The translations under genes and the position numbers were made by a program. Under the pieces are notes generated by a model, which was given only the letters and a program-made list of their open reading frames with translations, ran no database searches and was not told where the DNA came from. A stretch of 64,000 nucleotides of DNA from contig CAXBMO010000008.1 in NCBI GenBank assembly GCA_963977015.1, positions 64,001 through 128,000 on the forward strand, read 5' to 3'. The DNA is from an uncultured bacterium (lineage in GTDB: Bacteria > Verrucomicrobiota > Verrucomicrobiia > Verrucomicrobiales > DEV007). This document shows positions 1 through 8,768 of the stretch, piece after piece (position 1 is the first letter of the stretch; each line of letters begins with the position of its first letter).

Positions 1-59
1 GCAAGCGCAGTGTTGAGAAGAATGGTGATTCCAAGGAAGGCGAAGATTTGGGATTTCAT
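1..59 (-). CDS. N-terminus of a secreted protein, truncated by the window edge
   Basis: Reverse strand from ATG at 59 reads MKSQIFAFLGITILLNTAL, a typical Sec signal peptide; co-directional with the upstream genes. Confidence 0.55.
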   Translation of the reverse strand, partial: MKSQIFAFLGITILLNTAL

Positions 60-144
60 AGGATGCTGAAAATCGAGCGAAACCACGGAGATGGGAAACG
101 CATGGCGCGAGTCTAGCGAGGTTGCTCGACTTTGGAAGTGGTTT

Positions 145-1005
145 TCAAGGGCTTCTTTTTGGGGGAAGAACGGGCCTGCAGGCCAGGAGCAGAAGCGGGA
201 GCAGCCAGTGGGATGTTCGCACCAGGGTTTCCGCGACCCAGGGATCGAGCGTGCCTGGGAAATAAGCCCAGACACGAGCCAACGCCGTGGCAAAACCCCA
301 CAGGATCATGTAGAAAAGCGCCCATCGCCTGAGGGGAGCCATCCACAGAAACAGTACCGCGATCAGGTCCAGCCATCCGGCAATTCGGAGAAACATCATT
401 GCCGTTTCCAGGTCGCAACTCAGGATCCGCATCGTCATCGTCTTGAAAATCAACGGCACGGCATGAAACCCCATCGCGTAAAGTCCGTGCCCGATGAAGG
501 TGAGCGAAGTCGCAACGGCGAGGGTTAACCTCCAGGCTCTGCCGGGACCGGTGCGCAGGGCGATCAGAAGCGCAAATGGGGTCACGACCTGGAGCGAATG
601 CTCCACCGCCATGCCGAGTTCCCAATCGACCGTGACCCACCGTCCCAGGGCATCGAGCGCCAACAGGATGCCCGCGGGAACGAGGAGCCATCTCGTCCAA
701 CGCAGCCTCTCAAGGGTGACGAGCCATGGAACGACGGCACACGCCATCAAGCCAATGCCCACGTTTTCCAGCACGTTGGTTAGTGCTGGTTCGGAGTGTT
801 CCGCGAATGATCGCCAGGGAATGCCAACGAGTTTCTCCAAAGGGCCTGACCACCAGTCTTCCTGCCAGACCAGACTCCGCATCGGACTGTCCCACTTCCA
901 GGTCAGCCATCCGCGCGCCGCCAACGTGATGCTGACAGTCAGTTGGAGAAGGAACAGCCACTTCGTACCAAGAACCTCCAACCACCGGGACAGTCTCATC
1001 ATCAA
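145..1005 (-). CDS. polytopic membrane protein with two DoxX-like repeats
   Basis: About 8 hydrophobic segments, FIGHG motif, two similar halves; start overlaps the stop of the upstream phosphoesterase (1002-1005). Confidence 0.7.
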   Translation of the reverse strand: MMMRLSRWLEVLGTKWLFLLQLTVSITLAARGWLTWKWDSPMRSLVWQEDWWSGPLEKLVGIPWRSFAEHSEPALTNVLENVGIGLMACAVVPWLVTLERLRWTRWLLVPAGILLALDALGRWVTVDWELGMAVEHSLQVVTPFALLIALRTGPGRAWRLTLAVATSLTFIGHGLYAMGFHAVPLIFKTMTMRILSCDLETAMMFLRIAGWLDLIAVLFLWMAPLRRWALFYMILWGFATALARVWAYFPGTLDPWVAETLVRTSHWLLPLLLLACRPVLPPKRSP

Positions 1006-2282
1006 TCCGCTGGCACCGTCAGAACCGTCCCTCCTTCAGCCTCCCAGAGATTCAGGCCATCAGGTGTTCGGTAGGGGTCTGATGGATCGACGGGCTCAAC
1101 TCCAGCGGCGTTCTTGATCCGAACCGTTTTGACTTCGATCGATTCCGGGCTCACCCGAATCCATTCAAAGCCGTTGAAGGATTCCGTATCCAGCGTCCAT
1201 GGTTTGGCATCATCGGCGGGACGCAGCGGGGCTCCCCAGCAGCCTTCGCCGATGTAAACCGTCGCGTTGGGATCGTTCGGGGCGGCGCGAAATCCTTCGG
1301 GACCATCGGGATCCGGTTTCAGGGGCAGCGTCCGTTTCATCACATGGGAGTCGGACTCCAGCGCAAGATCAAAGCCGTGCTCGTAGAAGTTGTCCGCCCA
1401 CGCCATGGGATTGGTCCCTTCGCTTTTCTTGCTCACATGCGGGCGCATCGGCTTGTGATATCCGGCAACCAGGTGAATCACCTTTTTCCCAGATTTGGCG
1501 AGGTCCTTCTCCAACCATTTTTCCTGGTCACCGATAGCCGGGATCTCGCTGTTCAATGCGTAGTAGCGAAACAGTTTCCCTCCGATACTGAACGCGAAGT
1601 AGGCATCTTCGGGCGTATCAAAATAGTTGGTTATCGTTTCCGGGCGACGCTCATGATTTCCACGGTGAGGAACAATCGGAATCATGGTTCCGTCTTCCCC
1701 AATGGTTTCTTGCCAGTCGTCAAGCCAAGCGTCCCACTCTTCGGCAACGTCTTGATTGATCATGTCTCCCGTGAACGCGACAAACAGGGGCCGCAGCTTT
1801 TCGCAAAGCTGGTTGCCCTCCACCCGCACATCCCGATAATTGCGGGAATCGCCACCGGCAATGAAGGTGAACGCTTTCGGTTGACGCGGCGCGGTCCGAA
1901 ACTTGAACCGGGGCCCGGTTCCAGACGCATCGACCAGGCAGAAAAAGTATTCCGTATCGGGTTCCAAGCCCCGGAGCCGGGCAAAGCAGTTGACCATTCC
2001 ATCGTACTCTTGCACCCGCTGTGGCTTGATCGAGTGAGGGTATTTCCCCGCTCGCCGCTGAAAATCCTTCTTTCCATAGTGAACCTTGGCCGGGTCACCC
2101 TCTTTTTGATCCCAGGCAATCGTGGCGGTGGTGGTCGGGTCCGATGTCCAGACGACGCGATACTTCCCCGTCTGAGAGTCGTTTTTTTGAATGATGTCCG
2201 CCTTCTCTTTGGCAAGCACCATCGGAGTCAGGCTGACAAACACCGCCAAAAAGAGGGCTGGAAGATTAGGGAAGTGCTTCAT
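1002..2282 (-). CDS. secreted metallophosphoesterase with N-terminal FN3/purple-acid-phosphatase-type domain
   Basis: Signal peptide; FN3-like LRGLEPDTEYFFC; calcineurin-like motifs GDSR, TGDM, GNHE, YHKP, DSH. Confidence 0.85.
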   Translation of the reverse strand: MKHFPNLPALFLAVFVSLTPMVLAKEKADIIQKNDSQTGKYRVVWTSDPTTTATIAWDQKEGDPAKVHYGKKDFQRRAGKYPHSIKPQRVQEYDGMVNCFARLRGLEPDTEYFFCLVDASGTGPRFKFRTAPRQPKAFTFIAGGDSRNYRDVRVEGNQLCEKLRPLFVAFTGDMINQDVAEEWDAWLDDWQETIGEDGTMIPIVPHRGNHERRPETITNYFDTPEDAYFAFSIGGKLFRYYALNSEIPAIGDQEKWLEKDLAKSGKKVIHLVAGYHKPMRPHVSKKSEGTNPMAWADNFYEHGFDLALESDSHVMKRTLPLKPDPDGPEGFRAAPNDPNATVYIGEGCWGAPLRPADDAKPWTLDTESFNGFEWIRVSPESIEVKTVRIKNAAGVEPVDPSDPYRTPDGLNLWEAEGGTVLTVPAD

Positions 2283-2405
2283 GAAAAGGATACACGTGCT
2301 TCACCGCCGGTTGTTTCATCGAGTGAAAGTTGAATTCCACGGGACGGAGTGCGGAATCGGGTTCAGGGATTGATGCGGGAGAAGGTAGGGATTATTTCTG
2401 CGGAT

Positions 2406-3317
2406 TCAACGCCATACCATGTTCGAAACCTTGCCATTCCAGGCGTGATCCGGTTCGTGGGTGCGGAGCGTCAGTTCGACACCGTCCGGATGAAAACGTG
2501 CCACGGTCCAGCCGGTCGTCGAAATCTCGCGATTCCCGACATACGAAGTCGCCGGGGTGTTGATGATGTGGATTCCCTGGTGTTCTGCCAGACTCCAGTG
2601 ATGGATGTGGCCGTGAATGTAGGCTTTGACCTGTTTCCGAGGCTCCAGCACCTGCCAGAGTTCCTCCGAATCGGTCAGGCCTCCGGGAAAATGATCCGGA
2701 TCGCCACCCAACCGGGGATTGTGATGCGTCACGATGATGGCGGCCTTGTCGGGATGGTTGTCGAGCGCGCGGGCCAGCCAGGCGGATTGCGTTTCGCCGA
2801 TTTTTCCCTGGGTGACCATGGTTTCCATCAACGAATCGAGCAGGAAGAAATTGGCGTGACGAGACTGAACCACCGAAATGTGCCGGGACTCAATCGGCGG
2901 CTCCGCCGGACGTTCCTCACGAAGCACGTCGTAAAAGGTTTCGCGGTTGTCATGGTTTCCCAACGTCAGATGCAGGTTGATGTTGGCTTCGCGAAGCGGG
3001 GCCAGGAGTTTCGCGAAATGCCGGTAGTCGCCTGGCTGACCGTCACGCAGCGCGAGATCACCGTTGATGAGGAGGGCTGCGGGCGGTGTCTCCAGACCCA
3101 GCACTTCGTCAACCGCTTCCCGAAAGTGGGCCGGAATCAGCGAGTCCGAAGGTTGCTTCTCACCGATGTGGGGATCGTTCAGCAGGTAGACGAGCGATTC
3201 GTCCACTTGGTCCGAAGCGAACATCGACTCGGCGGCGGCGAACGTTGCAAGTCCTCCCCCCAGGGTTCGAAGAAACTGACGACGCTCAATCGAAGGTAGA
3301 TGCAATGGCATGCTCAT
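2406..3317 (-). CDS. Tat-exported CpdA/Icc-like metallophosphoesterase
   Basis: Tat motif ERRQFL; motifs DPH, NGDL, GNHD, HHNP, GHIH. Confidence 0.88.
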   Translation of the reverse strand: MSMPLHLPSIERRQFLRTLGGGLATFAAAESMFASDQVDESLVYLLNDPHIGEKQPSDSLIPAHFREAVDEVLGLETPPAALLINGDLALRDGQPGDYRHFAKLLAPLREANINLHLTLGNHDNRETFYDVLREERPAEPPIESRHISVVQSRHANFFLLDSLMETMVTQGKIGETQSAWLARALDNHPDKAAIIVTHHNPRLGGDPDHFPGGLTDSEELWQVLEPRKQVKAYIHGHIHHWSLAEHQGIHIINTPATSYVGNREISTTGWTVARFHPDGVELTLRTHEPDHAWNGKVSNMVWR

Positions 3318-3394
3318 CCCACGAGGATCGAGGGCATTCTATTTCATCCGCGAACCCCAAGCGGTTACGGTGAAGCAACCACCTTTCTTGGTCC

Positions 3395-3736
3395 CTATTT
3401 TTGCGGAAAGCGTTTTTTGAGACCCCAGGTCCCTGGTTTGTGGTCGAGGATGGCCGGATCGTGGCGTTCACCGTCATGCCCTCGCCCAAATAGAAATGCG
3501 ACGAAGAGGCCTGCAATATTCATGGCCAAAACCGAAAGGATGACGGGAACACTCCAATTGGCGTCGAGGGCAAATTTCGCGCTAATCTGGGAGGCGGGTG
3601 TAAAGCAGCCTACCAGAATTCCAATCCCCACAAACTGTACCATGGGAGTTAGAATGGCGGCAATCGGATCTTTGGCCAGCCAAGCAGCCAAGAACCCGAT
3701 TGCGAAAAGATCAATGATGAGAAGGTAGCCAGGCAT
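3395..3736 (-). CDS. small hypothetical membrane protein
   Basis: Three hydrophobic helices; fills the gap between co-directional genes. Confidence 0.5.
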   Translation of the reverse strand: MPGYLLIIDLFAIGFLAAWLAKDPIAAILTPMVQFVGIGILVGCFTPASQISAKFALDANWSVPVILSVLAMNIAGLFVAFLFGRGHDGERHDPAILDHKPGTWGLKKRFPQK

Positions 3737-3849
3737 CCCCGAATCGTAGAAACAGTCGAAGTCTTCTGGAATTACAATTCAGGCGCTTGTTTCCACCGGA
3801 TGCCGAGCCTTTGGGGGTTTAGTTAGCGTAAGGGTTAGGAATCCGAGAT

Positions 3850-5274
3850 TCAGGCAAGGATGTCTTTCGCGACGGTTCCCTCGACATCGGTTAGTCGAAA
3901 GTCTCGACCTGCATAACGGAACGTCAGGCGTTCGTGATTCAGGCCGAGCAGGTGCAGCAGGGTGGCGTGGAGGTCGTGGACATGCATTTTGTTCTCGGCG
4001 GCGTAGTAGCCGTAGTCGTCCGTGGCCCCGTAGGCATAACCACCTTTGACGCCGCCTCCAGCCATCCACATGGTGAAGCCGTGGGGATTGTGATCGCGGC
4101 CGTTGCTGCCCTGCGCCGTGGGGGTGCGACCGAATTCGCCGCCCCAGAGAACGAGCGTGTCGTCGAGCAGGCCGCGTGCTTTCAGGTCGGTGAGAAACCC
4201 GGCAATGGGTTTGTCGACTTCGGCGGAGTTTTTTGTGTGACCTTGGTAGAGATTGCTGTGCTGGTCCCATTGCACCTCGCTGTCGCTGTGGGTGACTTGA
4301 ACGAAGCGGACGCCGCGCTCCAGAAACCGGCGCGCCATCAGGCATTGGCGACCGAAGTCCTCCGTGACCGGGTTGTCGATTCCGTAGATCTTCTTCGTCG
4401 CTTCGGATTCACCGGCGAGATTCTGCACTTCGGGCATCGCGCTTTGCATGCGGTAGGCGAGCTCGAAGGAGCTGAGCCGGCCTTCCAACGCCTGATCGCG
4501 TCCCGTGGTTTCGAGATGATCACGGTTCATCGCGCCGATGAGATCCAACTGCCTTCGCTGCAAATCCGAATCGATCCGGGAATTGCGGATGTGCTTCACC
4601 TTGGCCTGGGTTGCCGCGAGACTGGCATTGCCGATGGGCGTGCCCTGGCAGTGCGCCGGGAGAAAGGCGGCACCCCAATTGTTGACTCCGCCATGGGCGA
4701 GGGTGGGGCAGATGGTGACGAATGCGGGCAGGTTCCGGTTGTCGGTTCCCAGGCCGTAGACGACCCAAGATCCCATGCTGGGTCGAACAAACTGGTCAGA
4801 CCCGGTGTGGAGCTTGAGCAGGGCGCCGCCGTGGGCGGGATTGGTTCCGTGGACGGAGCGCAGGATGCAGAGATCGTCGATGTGTCTGGCGACGTTGGGA
4901 AAGAGTTCGCTGACGGGAAGACCGCTTTCGCCATACCGCTTGAACTTCCACGGAGACTTCAAGAGGTTGCCTTGCTTCGCGAAGGTGACCTTGGGGAGAT
5001 CGAAGGGGAGGGGCTTGCCGTGATCGCGATCCAGCAGCGGTTTCGGATCGAAGGTGTCGACATGGGAGGGACCGCCCTTCATGAACAGAAAGACGATCCG
5101 CTTGGCCCGGGCCGGGAATTGGGGTTTCTGCGGCGCCAGCGGATTGCGCAGAGAGGGCAGTTCCGCGCGGGCTTCGCGGCCGAGCATCGCGGTCAGGGCC
5201 AGGTTTCCGAACCCGACCGCCGAGGTCTTCAGCAGTTGGCGGCGGGTTGCCAGAATGGAGTCGGGATGCGTCAT
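3850..5274 (-). CDS. DUF1501 domain protein (Tat-exported, alkaline phosphatase/sulfatase-like)
   Basis: Tat TRRQLLK; GGPSHVDTFDPKP, ARRFLERGVRFVQ, WDQH, GEFGRTP, GRDH motifs. Confidence 0.92.
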   Translation of the reverse strand: MTHPDSILATRRQLLKTSAVGFGNLALTAMLGREARAELPSLRNPLAPQKPQFPARAKRIVFLFMKGGPSHVDTFDPKPLLDRDHGKPLPFDLPKVTFAKQGNLLKSPWKFKRYGESGLPVSELFPNVARHIDDLCILRSVHGTNPAHGGALLKLHTGSDQFVRPSMGSWVVYGLGTDNRNLPAFVTICPTLAHGGVNNWGAAFLPAHCQGTPIGNASLAATQAKVKHIRNSRIDSDLQRRQLDLIGAMNRDHLETTGRDQALEGRLSSFELAYRMQSAMPEVQNLAGESEATKKIYGIDNPVTEDFGRQCLMARRFLERGVRFVQVTHSDSEVQWDQHSNLYQGHTKNSAEVDKPIAGFLTDLKARGLLDDTLVLWGGEFGRTPTAQGSNGRDHNPHGFTMWMAGGGVKGGYAYGATDDYGYYAAENKMHVHDLHATLLHLLGLNHERLTFRYAGRDFRLTDVEGTVAKDILA

Positions 5275-5278
5275 GCGC

Positions 5279-8062
5279 TCAGCGAAGATAGATGAATTCG
5301 TTGGAGGCGAGCAGGCTTTGACAGAGAAGCGACCATGCCCGGTGTTCTTGAGACGGATCGATGTCGGTGGCGTTGGTGAGCGCGGTGGATGTCACGTCGC
5401 GAACGAAGCCGAGGGCGCGTCTCGTTTCCGGTTCGCTCGGTTTTCGACCCAGCGTTTGGAGGTAGGCAAGCTCGATCCGTCCACTCGCGGTCGCAGCTTG
5501 GTCGAGAACGTCGGACGCGAGGCTCTCGGCCGAATCCATGACCAGATCGGCGTTCATCATGAGCAAAGCCTGGGGCGCCACCACAGTGGAGTTGCGCCGA
5601 CCGGTCGGCATCGTGGGATCCGGGTAGTCGAACTGCTCGAAGAAGGTGTAGAGGTTGTTGCGAACGATCGGCAGATACGCCGCGCGACGCAGACTGTCGT
5701 ATTTGGTGTGGTCTTCCGAGGTGTGATTGAAGACGAACTGACGATTGCGAAGCGGCACCGTTTTGCCGCCCATCGTGAGATCGAGTCGCCCTGATACGGC
5801 CAGAATCGCGTCGCGAATCGCCTCGGCTTCGAGCCGTTGAAGGTTCGCGCGCCAGAGGAGCCGGTTCTCGGGATCGATGTTGGCTGCGGCGATCGGGTTC
5901 GGGCGAGACGAGGAGACTTGGTAGGCGCTCGAAAGGAGAATCACGCGATGCAGCTCCTTGATCGACCAGCCGGATTCCATGAAGCGGTTGGCCAGCCAGT
6001 CGAGCAATGCGGGATGGGAGGGCCGGTCGCCCAGTTTGCCGAAGTTTTCGGGTGTGTTGACGATGCCCTGGCCGAAATGCCACCCCCAAACGCGATTGAC
6101 GATCACGCGAGCGGTTAGGGGGTGCTGCGGGTTGGTCATCCAGGTCGCGAGTTGGAGGCGACCGCTCTGGTCCGCGGGAATCGCGGGGTCCGAATCAGTG
6201 ATCCGCATGACTTCCGGAAAATTCCGATGCACCGGGGCGCCCAGGTTCTTGTAGCTTCCGCGAATGTGGATGGGCAGGCTGGAAACGATTTCGCCCTCGG
6301 CAACGCCCATCGCTCCGGACGGGTCCGGCGCCTTGATCTCGGCAATCCGCGCGTCTTCCAACAACCGATGATATTCCGCGAGCGTCTCAGGATCGAAGGC
6401 ATGGTCCGGCTTGGCCGGGACGGTGAGAAATCCGGAGAGGTCGTGGAGCGCGGCCCGGGCGGGTTCGAGCCGTTCATCATCAAGCGTCTTGGACTTCGGA
6501 TCTTTCTTGATCGCAGCGGCCAAGGCAGCTTTGGTGTCATCGAAGAGCGTTCCGTAATGGTTGCGAATGCCCTCGAGATCGCCGGCGGAAGCCAGTTCAT
6601 GCCACTTCGCGAAAAACGGATCGTCGCGATGAAAATCGAGATGCCGCCGAGCGTGATTGAGAATGCGCGGATGGAGCCCGAGCGGTTTCGCGATCGCCGC
6701 AACCTGGGTCAGCGGCATGCTGGTGTCGAATCCGGCCGAGGCGACGAGGTAGTCGGTCGCCTTGCTCCGGGCCTCGCCGCGAAGCTTCACGATCGTCTTG
6801 CTCTTGAAACTCGACGCCGCCTTCTTCTTCTCCGCGATTTTGGCGTCGATTTCCTTCATCGCCTCCAACTCCGCCTCGCTCGCGAAACTGTGTTCGTGCC
6901 AATGTTTGATGGCGCCGGTATTGGTGTCGCCAAGCGTCTTCGTGCTCTTGAAGATCGCGGCGAGCGCATAGTAGTCGGTCTGTTTGATGGGATCGAACTT
7001 GTGATCGTGGCACCGCACGCATCCCAACGTCATTCCGAGGAAGGCCTTGCCTAACGTGTCGAGCTGTTCATCGATGATGTCCATGTCCAGCTTCTGACGA
7101 TCCGGCTCGGCAAGGACCTTGGCGCCGAGCGAAAGAAAGCCGGTCGCGATCTTGGTCTCGAGATTCGCGTCCGGCAGGAGATCGCCGGCCAGTTGCTCGA
7201 TGAGGAAGCGGTCGAACGGTTTGTCGTGATTGAAGGAATCGATGACGTAGTCGCGATAACGCCAGGCCTGGCCATACGCCAGATTCTCGTCGAGCCCGTT
7301 GGAATCGGCATACCGCGCCACATCGAGCCAGTGCCGCCCCCAGCGCACGCCGTAGTGCGGCGAATCGAGCAGCCGATCGACCAATGTCTGCAGTGCGTCG
7401 GGCGAATCATCAGCCAGAAACGCGTCGATTTCTTCCGGAGTCGGGGGAAGACCGGTCAGGTTGAAGGTGAGGCGGCGAATCAGCGTTCGTGGATCGGCGG
7501 GAGGAGCCGGTTTCAGCCCGTTCGCTTCGAGTTTGGCGAGGACAAACGCGTCGATCGGCGTCTTCACCCAATCGGGATCGCGGACCTCCGGGGCGGGCGG
7601 ATTGGAAACCGGTTGGAAGGACCAGAACTCGCGCCCTTCCTCAAGGCTCATTCCCATCGGTGCTTCCGCGACGGCGGCTGTCGTCACTCGTGGATCGGGA
7701 GCTCCCAGCGCGACCCATTTTTCCAGAATCGCGACTTCCGCTGCGGGCAACGCGTTTGTCGGCGGCATCTGGAGATCGCGATTGTGATAGCGAATCGCCT
7801 CGATGAGCGGGCTCTCGTCCGGGTTGCCGGGAGTTACGACCGGACCGCTGTCTCCGCCCTTCACGACGCCAGCTCGGGAATCAAGGCGCAATCCCCCTTT
7901 GGTCTTGCCCTCCGCGGAATGGCAATCATAGCAGCGCTCCACCAAAACCGGCCGCACTTCCCGCTCGAAAAACTCGAGATGCGAAGGCTCGATCGAGGTT
8001 GCCCGCGCCACGCCGGTGGCTGCTAGAAAGAGGGCAAAAATCTGGAAATTCCGATAAATCAC
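5279..8062 (-). CDS. planctomycete cytochrome c / PSCyt2 / PSD1 (DUF1549-DUF1553) protein
   Basis: CYDCH and CVRCHDHK heme motifs; RWGRHWLDVARYADS, PLTARVIVNRVW, PSHPALLDWLA. Confidence 0.92.
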   Translation of the reverse strand: MIYRNFQIFALFLAATGVARATSIEPSHLEFFEREVRPVLVERCYDCHSAEGKTKGGLRLDSRAGVVKGGDSGPVVTPGNPDESPLIEAIRYHNRDLQMPPTNALPAAEVAILEKWVALGAPDPRVTTAAVAEAPMGMSLEEGREFWSFQPVSNPPAPEVRDPDWVKTPIDAFVLAKLEANGLKPAPPADPRTLIRRLTFNLTGLPPTPEEIDAFLADDSPDALQTLVDRLLDSPHYGVRWGRHWLDVARYADSNGLDENLAYGQAWRYRDYVIDSFNHDKPFDRFLIEQLAGDLLPDANLETKIATGFLSLGAKVLAEPDRQKLDMDIIDEQLDTLGKAFLGMTLGCVRCHDHKFDPIKQTDYYALAAIFKSTKTLGDTNTGAIKHWHEHSFASEAELEAMKEIDAKIAEKKKAASSFKSKTIVKLRGEARSKATDYLVASAGFDTSMPLTQVAAIAKPLGLHPRILNHARRHLDFHRDDPFFAKWHELASAGDLEGIRNHYGTLFDDTKAALAAAIKKDPKSKTLDDERLEPARAALHDLSGFLTVPAKPDHAFDPETLAEYHRLLEDARIAEIKAPDPSGAMGVAEGEIVSSLPIHIRGSYKNLGAPVHRNFPEVMRITDSDPAIPADQSGRLQLATWMTNPQHPLTARVIVNRVWGWHFGQGIVNTPENFGKLGDRPSHPALLDWLANRFMESGWSIKELHRVILLSSAYQVSSSRPNPIAAANIDPENRLLWRANLQRLEAEAIRDAILAVSGRLDLTMGGKTVPLRNRQFVFNHTSEDHTKYDSLRRAAYLPIVRNNLYTFFEQFDYPDPTMPTGRRNSTVVAPQALLMMNADLVMDSAESLASDVLDQAATASGRIELAYLQTLGRKPSEPETRRALGFVRDVTSTALTNATDIDPSQEHRAWSLLCQSLLASNEFIYLR

Positions 8063-8168
8063 GACGCGCTAATCTCTTCACGGCCAAAAAGCGGGAAATC
8101 TTGCCATGGGAATCGGAGGGGGGCGAAGAAAGGAGCGTCGCGTGGAGGGAACGTTGTGTTGGTTGTTA

Positions 8169-8371
8169 GGGAGCGTTTGAAAATGATGACGGACGCGCAA
8201 GTTGTTCCTCTTTGTTGAAGATTGGCTTCGCGTGATCTTGAGATGCGGCGCTTTTCCCGACTGGAAATGCTGTTCGGGGCTTTGTGAGAAGGCTCATCGC
8301 CGCCCCGAGCCATCATTCCCAGTCGACAAAATCACTCGCAGCGCGTCTCGACCTCATTTTCAAACACCCCC
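8169..8371. mobile_element. MITE-like non-autonomous element / long imperfect palindrome
   Basis: Terminal IRs GGGAGCGTTTGAAAATGA (8169-8186) and TCATTTTCAAACACCCCC (8354-8371) match at 16/18; TA on both flanks; second nested IR at 8258-8280/8302-8325. Confidence 0.6.
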
Positions 8372-8768
8372 TAGAATTCTCGATACTGAATAGATAGGTA
8401 ACGGTATGGCTATTAGATACAGTAATGACAAATTGGATGAGACATTCATCGTCGGGGCTGGGTGAGGAGAGAGGTGTTCGTTCTTACCGTTGATTGGTTG
8501 ATTACGCGTATCATGCTTGTGGTTCGACCTTTATACCGAATCTGAAGATTGTATTCGATAGGTAGCAACGTGGGATCATCGTTGTTGATCCAGGAGCGTG
8601 TCATAATTGCGACTCGCCAATAAAATAGTTGCGAAGCGAGGTGTTGATGGGTATGTTAGAATGGATGGTTGCGTGCAGGGAAACTTTGTGGCAAATTGTG
8701 GTTTTGTAAGACTGAGTCTTTTGTGTGGAAAGCCGCACCGAGATCGGCTTGAACATCACTGCGCGCGT

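Noticed and set aside
2283-2405. Pho box upstream of the phosphoesterase
   Set aside because: No 11 bp-periodic CTGTCAT-like repeats visible
8607-8768. Extended N-terminus of the hybrid kinase (also extended starts of ORFs 28346, 30553, 34363, 37542, 38665, 45549, 55113, 61229)
   Set aside because: Downstream starts coincide with domain or signal-peptide beginnings and avoid long overlaps
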